Positions 9,315-19,197 of a DNA stretch of 64,000 nucleotides are shown here, piece after piece. This DNA is from Candidatus Dojkabacteria bacterium. Its GTDB lineage: Bacteria; Patescibacteriota; Dojkabacteria; SC72. Made by a program: the position numbers and the translations under genes. Every line of letters begins with the position of its first letter. The first letter of the stretch is position 1. The stretch lies in assembly GCA_050950165.1 (NCBI GenBank), contig JBMNHC010000001.1:593073-657072 (forward strand), in the 5' to 3' direction. The notes under the pieces are model-generated. The model had not been told where the DNA came from. It saw only the letters and a program-made list of their open reading frames with translations, and made no database searches.

Positions 9315-11834
9315 CTAGAATATCTTTAATCCATCTAGTCCTACTCCATCCATCTGTGTAAAGTTAAGTAGATCTACAAATGAAGAGGTTGTAGACCAGC
9401 TACTAACAGTATCGTCTGTGTCCCAGAATCTAATTCTCCAGTAATATATGGCTCCTGTGTTAGCAAGTTGTGGTCCTGCATATGTAATATCTGGGGATCT
9501 AGTCCCACTTGCTGTTGATGTCATGGGTTGTTTACCTGAATCCCAGAGTGTTGAGCCAGTAAAATTGCTATTTGAATTTATCTCTATTTGATAATATGTT
9601 GCACTGTCTCCATTGGGGTCACTATGTATCGCAGAGAATTTTGGTCTTACTACTGTAAGCCAAGCTGGATTTGTTTTTCCATCTACTAGGGGTCCTGAGG
9701 GAGCTGTAGGTACACCAGCCATTCTAAATGAGGCAGTAGTAGACCATTCTCCTTCTACATTTAAATTATCCCAGAATTTAATTCTCCAGTAATATATATC
9801 TCCACTTTGTGTAAGGGTAGTACCAGCATATGATATGTCTGGAGACCTCGCTCCTATGGCTGTAGAGCTCATACTTGTTTTTCCACTATCCCACATACTA
9901 GTACCAGTAAATGAAGAGTTAGTATTTACATGTATTTGATAGTATATACCAGTATTCCCACTATCACTGTCTTGGAATATTGCACTAAACTCTGGTGTAG
10001 TGTCATACACCTTGTTAGGATTACTTTCTCCTTCTGTAAGTAGAGAGGTTGGTGCTGTAGGTGATTCATTTGCAGTAAATTGAGCAACAGAAGACCAGTT
10101 ACTTTCGGAATATATGACTCCGTTATCCCAGAATTTAATTCTCCAGTAATATGTAGTACCTGGAGTAAATGTAGATCCACCATATGAAATATTTGATGAT
10201 CTTGCTCCATTGTTGATAGGGGTAATTGCAGTTTTTCCACTGTCCCACATACTAGTACCTGTAAATGAGGAGTTAGTATTTACTTGTATTTGATAGTAGA
10301 TTCCTGTATCAGAGGTATCAGGATCACTAAATACAGCACTAAAATATGCAGAAGAAGAGATAACTCCTGATGGATTAGTAGCTCCGTTTGTTAGTAATGA
10401 AGAAGGTGGATTGGGTTGTCTGTTCAATATCTCTTCTCCCCCGACAGAAGTAGCTTGAGAAGTTTTTCTCTCTATATATATTACTGAGTAGTAAGAGGGA
10501 ATATTAGAGTTAGTTAAAGATACTGTTGTAGTATGTGTATGGTCAGCATTAGCATATACTATACTAGAAGGATTCCACTCTTGCCGAGAAGTGGTATCAG
10601 CAAGACTTATACTCACATTATGTGTATGAGTTGATGACCCTTGAGCAGTTAGATTAGCAGTAGCAGCACCCATTAAGAAATTGTTATTCATTGTAGTATA
10701 TTGGGTCCAACCTAGTGGTGGAACAGCACTAGCCATTGCAATTACATTTGTTCCTAAAGTTGTTGTTGCTGGACTTTTTACAAAAAGTAGACTTTTGTAT
10801 GGTGGATAGTTTGATGCAGCAGGATTAGATGTTAGAGAAACAGGATGTGTGTGACTAGTAATAGCTATACCTCTCTGATTTGGAGAAGGAACAGTTAGAC
10901 CGTAACATTGTGTATTTGTAGTTGCTGCCATAGACAAGTCTGTAATTGTATGTGAGTGTGTAGCTGCACCACCTGTACCACCATATGTAGCATTTCCAGC
11001 AGGAAGTCTTCCGTCAAATGCAGACATTCTTGTCCACCCAGATGGTGTTGTGGTAGAAAACATTATAATATTAGCTAAATTTGATAGATCACTTTTTTGA
11101 CATACGATTGAATAGATATATGGTGGAGTTGAACTAGCAGAGCCTACGGTTCCTGATACATTATGGGTATGTCCTTGGGTAGGTGCACAAACAACTTCGT
11201 CACTTCCACCAACTCCACTACCAGCAGATCCGCCAGATGAAGCTACAGTAAATGAGCCCCCATGGTTGTGATTACTTGCTACTCCTCCAGTAGATCCTGC
11301 AGTTGTAGAACCGTAGATAAATTTCCCATCAAAGGATGAACTTCTGGTCCAACCATTAGCACATGCTGTATCAGAGAGGGCATAGAAAACTCCTGACCAT
11401 CCACTCTGTCCACTCCCTGCAGATGTATTACCGTAGTATGCATATATTGTTTTTCCTCCTGATGGTAGTGATGGAATTCTTACCCATATTTTTGTACTAG
11501 TAGTATTACATCCTCCCTCTATCCAGTATGAAAGTAGTGTGGTATCGTTACTATCCACAAACCTTAAATCATTACAGTTAGATTGTAGTTTACCTGCTGT
11601 AATTAGAGATTGTGTATCTAATGTAATTAATACATCTTCATTAGTTAGTGTAGAACCAGAATTACTAACAGTAATCGCTCTTCTATACAACCAGTTATTA
11701 TCATACCAAGCAGAACTATCTTCTGTTTTCTCTCTATTAGAAAGATATACCAAAAGAGGTGTACCTAAGAGTATTACTAATGTTGATGCTATGAGAATTG
11801 TTCTTTTAGATATCTTTTTAAAAGGGTTTTCCAT
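9315..11834 (-). CDS. Membrane-anchored surface protein: DUF2341-like domain, tail-fibre-like HxH repeats and three FN3-like repeats
   Basis: N-terminal TM; WLYRRAIT..DLRF..YWIE..KIWVRIP..YYGN; repeated THTH/THSH motifs; three YYQI..WDSGK..YYWRI(K/R)FWD repeats. Confidence 0.75.
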   Translation of the reverse strand: MENPFKKISKRTILIASTLVILLGTPLLVYLSNREKTEDSSAWYDNNWLYRRAITVSNSGSTLTNEDVLITLDTQSLITAGKLQSNCNDLRFVDSNDTTLLSYWIEGGCNTTSTKIWVRIPSLPSGGKTIYAYYGNTSAGSGQSGWSGVFYALSDTACANGWTRSSSFDGKFIYGSTTAGSTGGVASNHNHGGSFTVASSGGSAGSGVGGSDEVVCAPTQGHTHNVSGTVGSASSTPPYIYSIVCQKSDLSNLANIIMFSTTTPSGWTRMSAFDGRLPAGNATYGGTGGAATHSHTITDLSMAATTNTQCYGLTVPSPNQRGIAITSHTHPVSLTSNPAASNYPPYKSLLFVKSPATTTLGTNVIAMASAVPPLGWTQYTTMNNNFLMGAATANLTAQGSSTHTHNVSISLADTTSRQEWNPSSIVYANADHTHTTTVSLTNSNIPSYYSVIYIERKTSQATSVGGEEILNRQPNPPSSLLTNGATNPSGVISSSAYFSAVFSDPDTSDTGIYYQIQVNTNSSFTGTSMWDSGKTAITPINNGARSSNISYGGSTFTPGTTYYWRIKFWDNGVIYSESNWSSVAQFTANESPTAPTSLLTEGESNPNKVYDTTPEFSAIFQDSDSGNTGIYYQIHVNTNSSFTGTSMWDSGKTSMSSTAIGARSPDISYAGTTLTQSGDIYYWRIKFWDNLNVEGEWSTTASFRMAGVPTAPSGPLVDGKTNPAWLTVVRPKFSAIHSDPNGDSATYYQIEINSNSNFTGSTLWDSGKQPMTSTASGTRSPDITYAGPQLANTGAIYYWRIRFWDTDDTVSSWSTTSSFVDLLNFTQMDGVGLDGLKIF

Positions 11835-11919
11835 CTATTAAATATGATATCAAAAAAGAACAGTTAGTCTATCTCTTTTTTCTAATACTATATTTTTAAT
11901 ATTTAAATTAGTAAAAATG

Positions 11920-11947
11920 TTGACTAAATACTCTTATCTGTTATACT
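11920..11947 (+). promoter_or_regulatory. Sigma70-type promoter of the NYN gene
   Basis: TTGACT (11920-11925), 16-nt spacer, extended -10 TGtTATACT (11939-11947). Confidence 0.65.
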
Positions 11948-11959
11948 TAACACATAGTC

Positions 11960-11992
11960 GCCTCAGCCTGGCTCGTAAGGGCCCGCTGAGGT
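11960..11992 (+). promoter_or_regulatory. GC-rich stem-loop with GUAA tetraloop in the 5' leader of the NYN gene
   Basis: CCTCAGC (11961-11967) pairs with GCTGAGG (11985-11991); inner GGCTC-GTAA-GGGCC. Confidence 0.65.
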
Positions 11993-12015
11993 AAAATTTT
12001 CTATCCCTAAAAGTT

Positions 12016-12573
12016 ATGAATAATACAATCGTTTTAATTGACGATGAAAATTTCATATACAAAATGGAAAAAGTTCTTAGAACAGAGAATATCAAAATTA
12101 ATATCCAAGACATTAAATTGCGAGATTTAATATCAAGAGCTATTAAATCGAATGTTGATATTAATTTCTACGCAGCAAGGTTAAGATTTTATTCAAGTAC
12201 ACCCAGAAAATCTAAACAATTGATAGATACTCAAAGACGTCTGAGAAACACTCTTAAAAAACAGGAAATAAATTTTATCTATTCAGGATATGTAAGAGCA
12301 AGAAGAGAGAGAGGTAGAACTGTATTCAAAGAGAAAGGTGTTGATGTGAAAATAGCTGTTGATATGGTAAGTATGGCTTGTGACAAGAGATACGAAACAA
12401 TTGTATTGTGCTCTTCAGATTCTGATCTTCAACCTGCAGTTACCGAAGCCAAGTCTCGAGATGTTAGAGTTGTATATTTAGGATTTAGTATGGAGCCTAA
12501 TAGAGGGCTTATATATACAACAGATAGAACGGTTTTGTTTGATAATGATGAGATACTATCTGTTGTTAGATAA
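12016..12573 (+). CDS. NYN-domain (LabA/DUF88, PIN-like) ribonuclease
   Basis: IDDENF, KEKGVDVKIAVDM and SSDSDLQP acidic catalytic motifs. Confidence 0.9.
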   Translation: MNNTIVLIDDENFIYKMEKVLRTENIKINIQDIKLRDLISRAIKSNVDINFYAARLRFYSSTPRKSKQLIDTQRRLRNTLKKQEINFIYSGYVRARRERGRTVFKEKGVDVKIAVDMVSMACDKRYETIVLCSSDSDLQPAVTEAKSRDVRVVYLGFSMEPNRGLIYTTDRTVLFDNDEILSVVR

Positions 12574-12577
12574 ACTG

Positions 12578-13039
12578 TTAATCATTAGACTCTCTTGTTA
12601 TTTCATACAGAAGTATGGATGCACAATTTGCAACATTAAGAGACTCTTTTAAACCTCTCATAGGAATATATACTTTCTCATCTACTCTTTTTAATATATC
12701 TGTTTCTACACCTCTTTTTTCATGACCAAAAAGAAGTGCTATCTTAGATGGGTATTTTATCTTTTGAAAATGTTTAGCATCTTTAGTTAGCTCTACTGCA
12801 TATATTGGAATACCTAACTCTTTTATCTCATCTATCGCTTCATCTGTACTATCGTAGTACTCTGAAGGTACCATCTCTGTTGCACCTAATGCAGTTTTAT
12901 CTAATTTAGGATTATCTATCTGTGTAGTAATACCACAAAGGTATATCTTTCTAACACTACCTGCTCCATCTGCAGATCTAAATATACTACCTACATTAAA
13001 AGCAGATCTAATATTGTCTAGTATTATATGTATCTCCAT
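12578..13039 (-). CDS. SpoU/TrmH-family RNA methyltransferase
   Basis: LDNIRSAFNVGSIFRS, FGHEKRG, IPMRG.KESLNVA. Confidence 0.92.
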   Translation of the reverse strand: MEIHIILDNIRSAFNVGSIFRSADGAGSVRKIYLCGITTQIDNPKLDKTALGATEMVPSEYYDSTDEAIDEIKELGIPIYAVELTKDAKHFQKIKYPSKIALLFGHEKRGVETDILKRVDEKVYIPMRGLKESLNVANCASILLYEITRESND

Positions 13040-15045
13040 TATTTAAAAAGATTCTTATCTATATATCCAAGGTCTAAATTATCTCTTCTTAATATCTCTT
13101 TTGCAATATGTTTTGCCTCTTTAAAAAGCTTAATATCTGTAAGAGAAGCAACCTTAAATTGAGGTATACCTGATTGTTTAATACCGTATACCTCTCCAGG
13201 ACCTCTTGTTTTAAGATCATATTCTGCAACATCAAAACCTGATGAGTGTGATGCAAAATATTTTAACCTATCTACAGAAGAAACCTCTTGATCTTTACTA
13301 GCTATTACAAAACAGTAAGAAGAGATATCTGATCTACCTACCCTACCTCTTAGTTGATGAAGTTGTGCAAGACCAAATCTATGTGCATCCTCTATTACCA
13401 TTACTGTAGCATCTGGTATATCTATTCCTACCTCTATTACAGATGTAGTTACTAAAATATTAAATTCTTTTTTTCTAAATCTCTCTAGTATTTCATCTTT
13501 TTTACTAGCTGCTATTCTTCCGTGTAGAAGTTCAATATTAATATCTTTAAAGTTGTTGTTTTTAAGATTTTCAAACTCTGTTAATACAGCTTTAGCATCT
13601 ATTGAGTAAGACTCTTCTATCAAGGGGTATACAATGAAAGCTTGTTGTTTAAAATTAGAATCTTTAATCTTTTTAGATATCCAATTAAAACAATCATCTC
13701 TTTTGTTATACGGTACATACTTTGTATCTATCTCTTTTCTACCTTTTGGTTTCTCTTTAATGGTACTTACTTTAGTACTACCAAAGACAATTTCAGTAAG
13801 ACTTCTGGGAATGGGTGTTGCACTCATTGTTAGGTAGTGAGGAGTCTGTTTGTTTACTTTAAGAAGTTGTTCTCTCTGTTTAACACCGAATCTGTGTTGT
13901 TCATCAACAACAACGAGGTTTAGATTATCAGGGATATTTTCTTTAAAAAGTACTGCATGTGTCCCTATTATTACTCTTTTAGTAGAGATATCTTTAGTTT
14001 TTTTAGATGATATCCAGAGTTGAATATCTATATTGAAAGGTTTAAGAAGTTTTTTAAAGGTATCGAAATGTTGTTGTGCAAGAACAGTAGTAGGAGCTAG
14101 TACAACAGCACTGTATCCATTTCTAATACACTGTAATATTGCTAGAGCAGCTACTACTGTTTTACCACTTCCTACATCTCCATTAAGAAGTCTGTTCATT
14201 GGAGTTTTTTTAGATATATCAGAGAGAATCTCTCCTATGCTTTTTATTTGATCTTTTGTTAGCTTAAAAGGTAGTGAACTAAAAAAGTCCTTACTTAGTA
14301 ACTTATCTTCTATTATTGGAAATGCAGTAAGTTTTTTTCTCTCAAGTTTCTCTTGTTCAAGCTTTAGTGCAACTCTAAGCATTTCATCTAGTGCTAATCT
14401 ATTGGTAGCATCTATAATATCTTTTCTACTTTTTGGGAAATGTATAGCTTTAATACTTTGAGCTAGAGATATTGTTTCTTTTACAATGTCTTTAGGTAGT
14501 GGTTCTTCTATTAAATTTTTAATATCTCCTTTTATTGTACTAAGTATATTTCTAATATTTCTAGAGGTTAATCCTTCAGTTTCAGGATATATCCCTATTA
14601 TCTTTCCAAGATGCTTCTGTTTAGATATATCTCCATCATATTTTTCATACTTAGGATTGTATATATTCTTAGTTTTACCTTTTTGAGAAATCTTAGCATC
14701 AAATATATACCATTGGTCTTTTTTAAGAGTTTTAGTAATGTATGGTTGATTAAAAAAAGATAGATCAAGTGTACTGTTTTCATCTCTGACTCTGACTTTA
14801 CCTAGAACTTTTCTAGTTCTAGTATATATATTTTTTGTTTCGACTACCTGTGCAAGAAATACCCCTTCACTGCTCTCTTTAAACTCTTCTATTGTTAATA
14901 TATCTGAAGTGTCTCTGTATCTGAAAGGTATATGGAAGAGTAAGTCCTTTACTGTTTCTATACCTAACTTAGAAAGTTTCTCTGCCTGAGTATGTCCTAC
15001 TCCTTTAAGGATTCCTACTGGTGAGTTAGCTGTTAAATTATCCAT
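13039..15045 (-). CDS. recG: ATP-dependent DNA helicase RecG
   Basis: RLLNGDVGSGKT, DEQHRFGV, MSATPIPRS, QLHQLRGRVGR, DLKTRGPGE. Confidence 0.97.
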   Translation of the reverse strand: MDNLTANSPVGILKGVGHTQAEKLSKLGIETVKDLLFHIPFRYRDTSDILTIEEFKESSEGVFLAQVVETKNIYTRTRKVLGKVRVRDENSTLDLSFFNQPYITKTLKKDQWYIFDAKISQKGKTKNIYNPKYEKYDGDISKQKHLGKIIGIYPETEGLTSRNIRNILSTIKGDIKNLIEEPLPKDIVKETISLAQSIKAIHFPKSRKDIIDATNRLALDEMLRVALKLEQEKLERKKLTAFPIIEDKLLSKDFFSSLPFKLTKDQIKSIGEILSDISKKTPMNRLLNGDVGSGKTVVAALAILQCIRNGYSAVVLAPTTVLAQQHFDTFKKLLKPFNIDIQLWISSKKTKDISTKRVIIGTHAVLFKENIPDNLNLVVVDEQHRFGVKQREQLLKVNKQTPHYLTMSATPIPRSLTEIVFGSTKVSTIKEKPKGRKEIDTKYVPYNKRDDCFNWISKKIKDSNFKQQAFIVYPLIEESYSIDAKAVLTEFENLKNNNFKDINIELLHGRIAASKKDEILERFRKKEFNILVTTSVIEVGIDIPDATVMVIEDAHRFGLAQLHQLRGRVGRSDISSYCFVIASKDQEVSSVDRLKYFASHSSGFDVAEYDLKTRGPGEVYGIKQSGIPQFKVASLTDIKLFKEAKHIAKEILRRDNLDLGYIDKNLFK

Positions 15046-15047
15046 AG

Positions 15048-15152
15048 CTAGAAGATTGCTAGGAGTATTGGTAGTAGTAAGCTAGCTATCATGATTACAG
15101 CGATAAAGACACTAAATATTTTTGCTAGTTTTTGAGTAGTGCTTTTCTTCAT
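15048..15152 (-). CDS. Small single-pass membrane protein (34 aa; DUF4044/Prli42-like architecture), missing from the ORF track
   Basis: MKKSTTQKLAKIFSVFIAVIMIASLLLPILLAIF*; basic N-terminus plus TM helix; fills the rel-recG gap, stop 2 nt before recG ATG. Confidence 0.7.
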   Translation of the reverse strand: MKKSTTQKLAKIFSVFIAVIMIASLLLPILLAIF

Positions 15153-15172
15153 ATATTTGATTTTACTAATAT

Positions 15173-16636
15173 CTAATATTTTTTCCAAGACTTTTGTATT
15201 TTTGTTTGTGTACTTGGAGAGTTAGCATACATTATCCAGTCAGGGTTTACTGATTTTTTACCAGGTTGTGTTTTTATCTCTACAGTATCTCCTGTTTCTA
15301 GTATGTAGTTGTGTTTAACTGCAGCTCCATTTACTTTTGCAGATACCATACTATTCCCAATATCTGTGTGTACTAGATATGCAAAATCTACAACGGTATC
15401 TCCTTTATCTAGTTGGACGATTTTTCCTTTTGGAGTAAATACAAATACATTGTTAGGAAATATATCTACATTTATTGAATTTGATTCTTTGCTTTCTCTC
15501 TCAGAGATATTTTTATCAATCTCTTTGTGTATCTGTTCTATCCAGTTATATTTATCTGTAGGTTTTGCGTATCTACTCTTGCTCTCTTTATATGCGATAT
15601 GTGATGCTTGTCCGTATGTATTTGTATAGTACATCTCTTGTGTCATTATCTGAAGTTCTACTATTTTGTTAGATACTTCTGGAAGGATGATGGGACCTTG
15701 TAGTGCCATATATCCATTGGGTTTGGGATGTGAAATGTAATCATCAAAATCTTCTGTTATTATTTGCCCATTATCCATTACTAACTCTAGTACTTTAAAA
15801 CATTCATCTTCTGTTTCAGTAATTACTCTAAATGCTAAAAGGTCTGATATATTAGAAATGTTTATTTTCGCTCCCTCTTTTAGAATTTTTTTTAATTTGT
15901 TGTATATACTGTATATACTTTTGACTCTACCGTGTACTGATTGCTCAGCAGGGATTTCTTCTAAAAGTTTTTCTAAATATGCAATATATCTATCTCTCAT
16001 CTGTGAAGTAAATCCTTTACTCTCCATTATTTTTTTAATATCTTCATACTCTTCTGGTCTATATATCTTTAAAGCATTCTCTTCTAGTTCTTTTTTCATA
16101 ATGTCAAAGTTAAGATACTCTGCCAAAGGTCCATATATTTTAAATACCTTCTGTATCTTACTTCCCATTTTTTCTTTAGGCATATATTCTACTGTTCTGA
16201 TATTGTCTAGTGCATCTGCCAATTTTATGAGTAAAGGTCTTAAATCCTTTGAGCTATTAAGTATATATTTGTTGATAATTTCATACTCTGTGTCTGTACT
16301 AGCTGTTGCCTTACTTATTTTATCTGATCTATCTACAATCTTTAGTACATCTTCTCCAAATTTATTCTCTATCTCTTTGGATATACTCTCTTTTTTTTCT
16401 TGATTGTTAGAGAGGATATTGTGGAAAAGTCCTCCCACTATTGTATTTGTTTCTAATCCCATTTTAGCAAGCGTTATTGCACACCTAATTGGGTGATTAA
16501 CAAATGGCTCTTCAGAGTTTCTTACCTGTCCTTTGTGATATTCTTTAGCAAAAGCGATTGCTTCTTCTATCTTTTCAACAAAGTTCTTTGGGCTTAACTC
16601 TATTAATTCTTTTTCTAGTTGTTCTGTTTTGTCCAT
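15173..16636 (-). CDS. RelA/SpoT-family protein (HD + synthetase + TGS, no ACT domain), degenerate motifs
   Basis: H.GQ.RNSEEPF..HP, IKLADALDN, GRVKSIYSI, DYISHPKPNGY, VFVFTPKG..DFAY.VHT. Confidence 0.9.
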   Translation of the reverse strand: MDKTEQLEKELIELSPKNFVEKIEEAIAFAKEYHKGQVRNSEEPFVNHPIRCAITLAKMGLETNTIVGGLFHNILSNNQEKKESISKEIENKFGEDVLKIVDRSDKISKATASTDTEYEIINKYILNSSKDLRPLLIKLADALDNIRTVEYMPKEKMGSKIQKVFKIYGPLAEYLNFDIMKKELEENALKIYRPEEYEDIKKIMESKGFTSQMRDRYIAYLEKLLEEIPAEQSVHGRVKSIYSIYNKLKKILKEGAKINISNISDLLAFRVITETEDECFKVLELVMDNGQIITEDFDDYISHPKPNGYMALQGPIILPEVSNKIVELQIMTQEMYYTNTYGQASHIAYKESKSRYAKPTDKYNWIEQIHKEIDKNISERESKESNSINVDIFPNNVFVFTPKGKIVQLDKGDTVVDFAYLVHTDIGNSMVSAKVNGAAVKHNYILETGDTVEIKTQPGKKSVNPDWIMYANSPSTQTKIQKSWKKY

Positions 16637-16639
16637 ACT

Positions 16640-16669
16640 AAAAAGACCCTTTATCCTAAGGAAGAGGTC
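16640..16669 (-). terminator. Putative intrinsic terminator between tyrS and rel
   Basis: Minus strand GACCTCTT...AAAGGGTC followed by TTTTT, ending 3 nt before the rel ATG. Confidence 0.5.
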
Positions 16670-16684
16670 GAATTTTAATCTTAA

Positions 16685-17908
16685 CTACTTAATTTGATAT
16701 ATATGTTTACCACACTTAAGGATATATTCTTCTGTAGAGGATATATCTATCTCTTCTTTCCAATCTAATATTTTCCTATCATTAATTTTTACAGCTTCCT
16801 GCTCTACTAATCTTCTAGCTTCTGATTTACTTTTAGCAATATCTAAGAAGAGAAGAAGGTCTATGATATTGATTCTATCTTTCCCTATCTCTCTAGTTGG
16901 TATCTCTACCTCAGTATCTAATCTCTGAAATATATTTTCAAAGTATGTTTGTGCTTTCTTAGCTTCTTCTTCCCCCTTTATATCCTTAGTAATCTCATAT
17001 GCAAGTTCCTTCTTAATATTTATTGGATTCTCATTAGAGTTTAATCTACTCTCTATCTGTGCTATCTCCTCTAAGTCAAAGTTAGTAAGAATTTCAAATC
17101 CAATTAAGATCTGCTCATCAGTGAAAGCCATAACTTTACCGTATATATCGTTACTACTGTCATCTAAAGAGATCATATTGTCTTCTGATTTACCCATTTT
17201 AGTTCCGTCAATAGCAGAGAGTAGTTTGTTTGTAATTACTACTTTCTCTTTGTTTAGTCTGCTCTTTATTAAATCTCTACCTGCTAGCATATTGAAGAGT
17301 TGGTCATTTCCACCTATCTCGATATCTATATCCATCATTACACTATCGTATCCTTGCATTAGGGGGTAGAGAAATTCGTTTAGGTAAATTGGCTTATCTT
17401 CTTTAATCCTTTCTTGAAACATATGTCTTTTAAGAAGTTGCTGTACTGTAAACTCTGATGCTAAATCTATTATCTTTTCAAATGTAAGAGGTTCTAGCCA
17501 CTGGCTATTATATACAACTTTTACAGGATTTTCTCTGTTAAAGATATCAATTATACTAGATGCTTGTTCTACATATTTCTTCATATTACCTTCTACTTCT
17601 TTTTTAGAAAGTACTTTTCTTGCAGAGTCTCTAGCTTCTCCTTTGTCTGAAGGGTCTCCTACTCTAGCTGTAAAATCTCCAATTACAAAGAATATCTGAT
17701 GACCTAGCTTCCTAAAATCTTCCAACTTTCTCATCCCAACTGTATGCCCTATATGCAAACTAGGTGCAGTAGGATCAAATCCTTGGTATATGTTTAGTCT
17801 TTTACCAGAGAGTAGCAGTTCGCTAAGCATCTGCTTCGAAGGTAGTATCTGCTCTACTCCTTTGTTTAGTATCCTCTCAATTATTTTCTCATCTTTTGAT
17901 ATATTCAT
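16685..17908 (-). CDS. tyrS: Tyrosine--tRNA ligase
   Basis: GFDPTAPSLHIGH, YPLMQGYD, GGNDQLFN, KMGKS; C-terminal S4 domain. Confidence 0.97.
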   Translation of the reverse strand: MNISKDEKIIERILNKGVEQILPSKQMLSELLLSGKRLNIYQGFDPTAPSLHIGHTVGMRKLEDFRKLGHQIFFVIGDFTARVGDPSDKGEARDSARKVLSKKEVEGNMKKYVEQASSIIDIFNRENPVKVVYNSQWLEPLTFEKIIDLASEFTVQQLLKRHMFQERIKEDKPIYLNEFLYPLMQGYDSVMMDIDIEIGGNDQLFNMLAGRDLIKSRLNKEKVVITNKLLSAIDGTKMGKSEDNMISLDDSSNDIYGKVMAFTDEQILIGFEILTNFDLEEIAQIESRLNSNENPINIKKELAYEITKDIKGEEEAKKAQTYFENIFQRLDTEVEIPTREIGKDRINIIDLLLFLDIAKSKSEARRLVEQEAVKINDRKILDWKEEIDISSTEEYILKCGKHIYQIK

Positions 17909-17956
17909 ACTTTGGTATTATATATTTTTAGTAAGAATATTACAAAGGTAAGGTAA

Positions 17957-19168
17957 TTATTTAATATATTTTTTATTTTTCAGTTTATCAGGCATACACT
18001 GTTGGTTAGATTTCTTACTTTCTAAATCATGGTCATATTCATATCCTTTGGCATATCCTAAATCTTTTAGTAGTTTTGTAGGAGCGTTTCTAATATGTAG
18101 GGGTACTGGAAGATTACCATATTTTTCGATATCCTCCTTTATCTCTCCCTCTATCCTGTATGCAGTGTTGTCTTTAGGGGCGTTGGAGAGGTAGATTGCT
18201 AGTTGAACTAAGAATACTCCACACTCTGGCATACCGATTTTTTGGCATGACTCATATGTTGCATTAGCCAAAACTACAGCGTGTGGATCTGCATTCCCTA
18301 TATCCTCACTAGCAAATCTAAGTAGTCTTCTTGCGATATACAGGGGGTCTTCTCCAGCTTCAAGCATCCTTACAACCCAATATGCAGCAGCATCTGGATT
18401 GCTAGATCTCATAGATTTGTGTATTGCAGATATTATATTGTAATGCTCTTCTCCATTCTTGTCGTAGTAAAGAGGTTTCTGTACAACATCGTAGAGAGTT
18501 TCTGCTGTAAGAGTTGGTTTCTTTTTTCCATCATTTTCATTTTGTAAGAGTGTTGTAGACATCTCTAAGATATTTAGTGCACTCCGTATATCTCCATTTG
18601 AAAGTTCAGATATTACTTTTATACTTTTTTTAGGTATTAAGATATTAGGATATTCCTTTTTAGATATATCTGAGACTAACTTTTCAATATCTTCTTGTGT
18701 ATGTTGTTTAAAGATGAAGACCTTTGTTCTAGAAAGTAGTGCACTATTGATAGTAAAAGAAGGATTTTCTGTTGTTGCTCCTATCAATATTATTACTCCT
18801 TTCTCTACATATGGTAGTAGAGTATCTTGTTGAGCTTTGTTCCATCTGTGAATTTCGTCTAAAAAGAGAAGAGTTTTTCTATTGTACTGTTGGTTAGCTA
18901 TCGCTACTTTAAGTATTTTTCTCAATGCTTCTTTTCCACTGTTTACTGCTTGCATTTTATGAAAATCGAAGAAGAGATTCTGAGATATTATATATGCAAG
19001 TGTAGTCTTACCACTGCCGGGAGGTCCCCAGAAAATCATGGAAGGGATATTGCCTACTTCTAAAAACTTTCTAATTGGTGCATTCTTACCAACAAGGTGT
19101 TGTTGACCAACAAATTGGTCTAGAGTAGATGGCCTATACTTTGATGCTAAGGGTTCGTATACTGACAT
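17957..19168 (-). CDS. rarA: Replication-associated recombination protein A (AAA+ ATPase)
   Basis: PLASKYRP, GPPGSGKTT, DEIHR, GATTENPSF, SAIHKSMR, SEDIGNADP. Confidence 0.95.
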   Translation of the reverse strand: MSVYEPLASKYRPSTLDQFVGQQHLVGKNAPIRKFLEVGNIPSMIFWGPPGSGKTTLAYIISQNLFFDFHKMQAVNSGKEALRKILKVAIANQQYNRKTLLFLDEIHRWNKAQQDTLLPYVEKGVIILIGATTENPSFTINSALLSRTKVFIFKQHTQEDIEKLVSDISKKEYPNILIPKKSIKVISELSNGDIRSALNILEMSTTLLQNENDGKKKPTLTAETLYDVVQKPLYYDKNGEEHYNIISAIHKSMRSSNPDAAAYWVVRMLEAGEDPLYIARRLLRFASEDIGNADPHAVVLANATYESCQKIGMPECGVFLVQLAIYLSNAPKDNTAYRIEGEIKEDIEKYGNLPVPLHIRNAPTKLLKDLGYAKGYEYDHDLESKKSNQQCMPDKLKNKKYIK

Positions 19169-19197
19169 GTATACTGTATTGTACACTTTTTAAGAAA

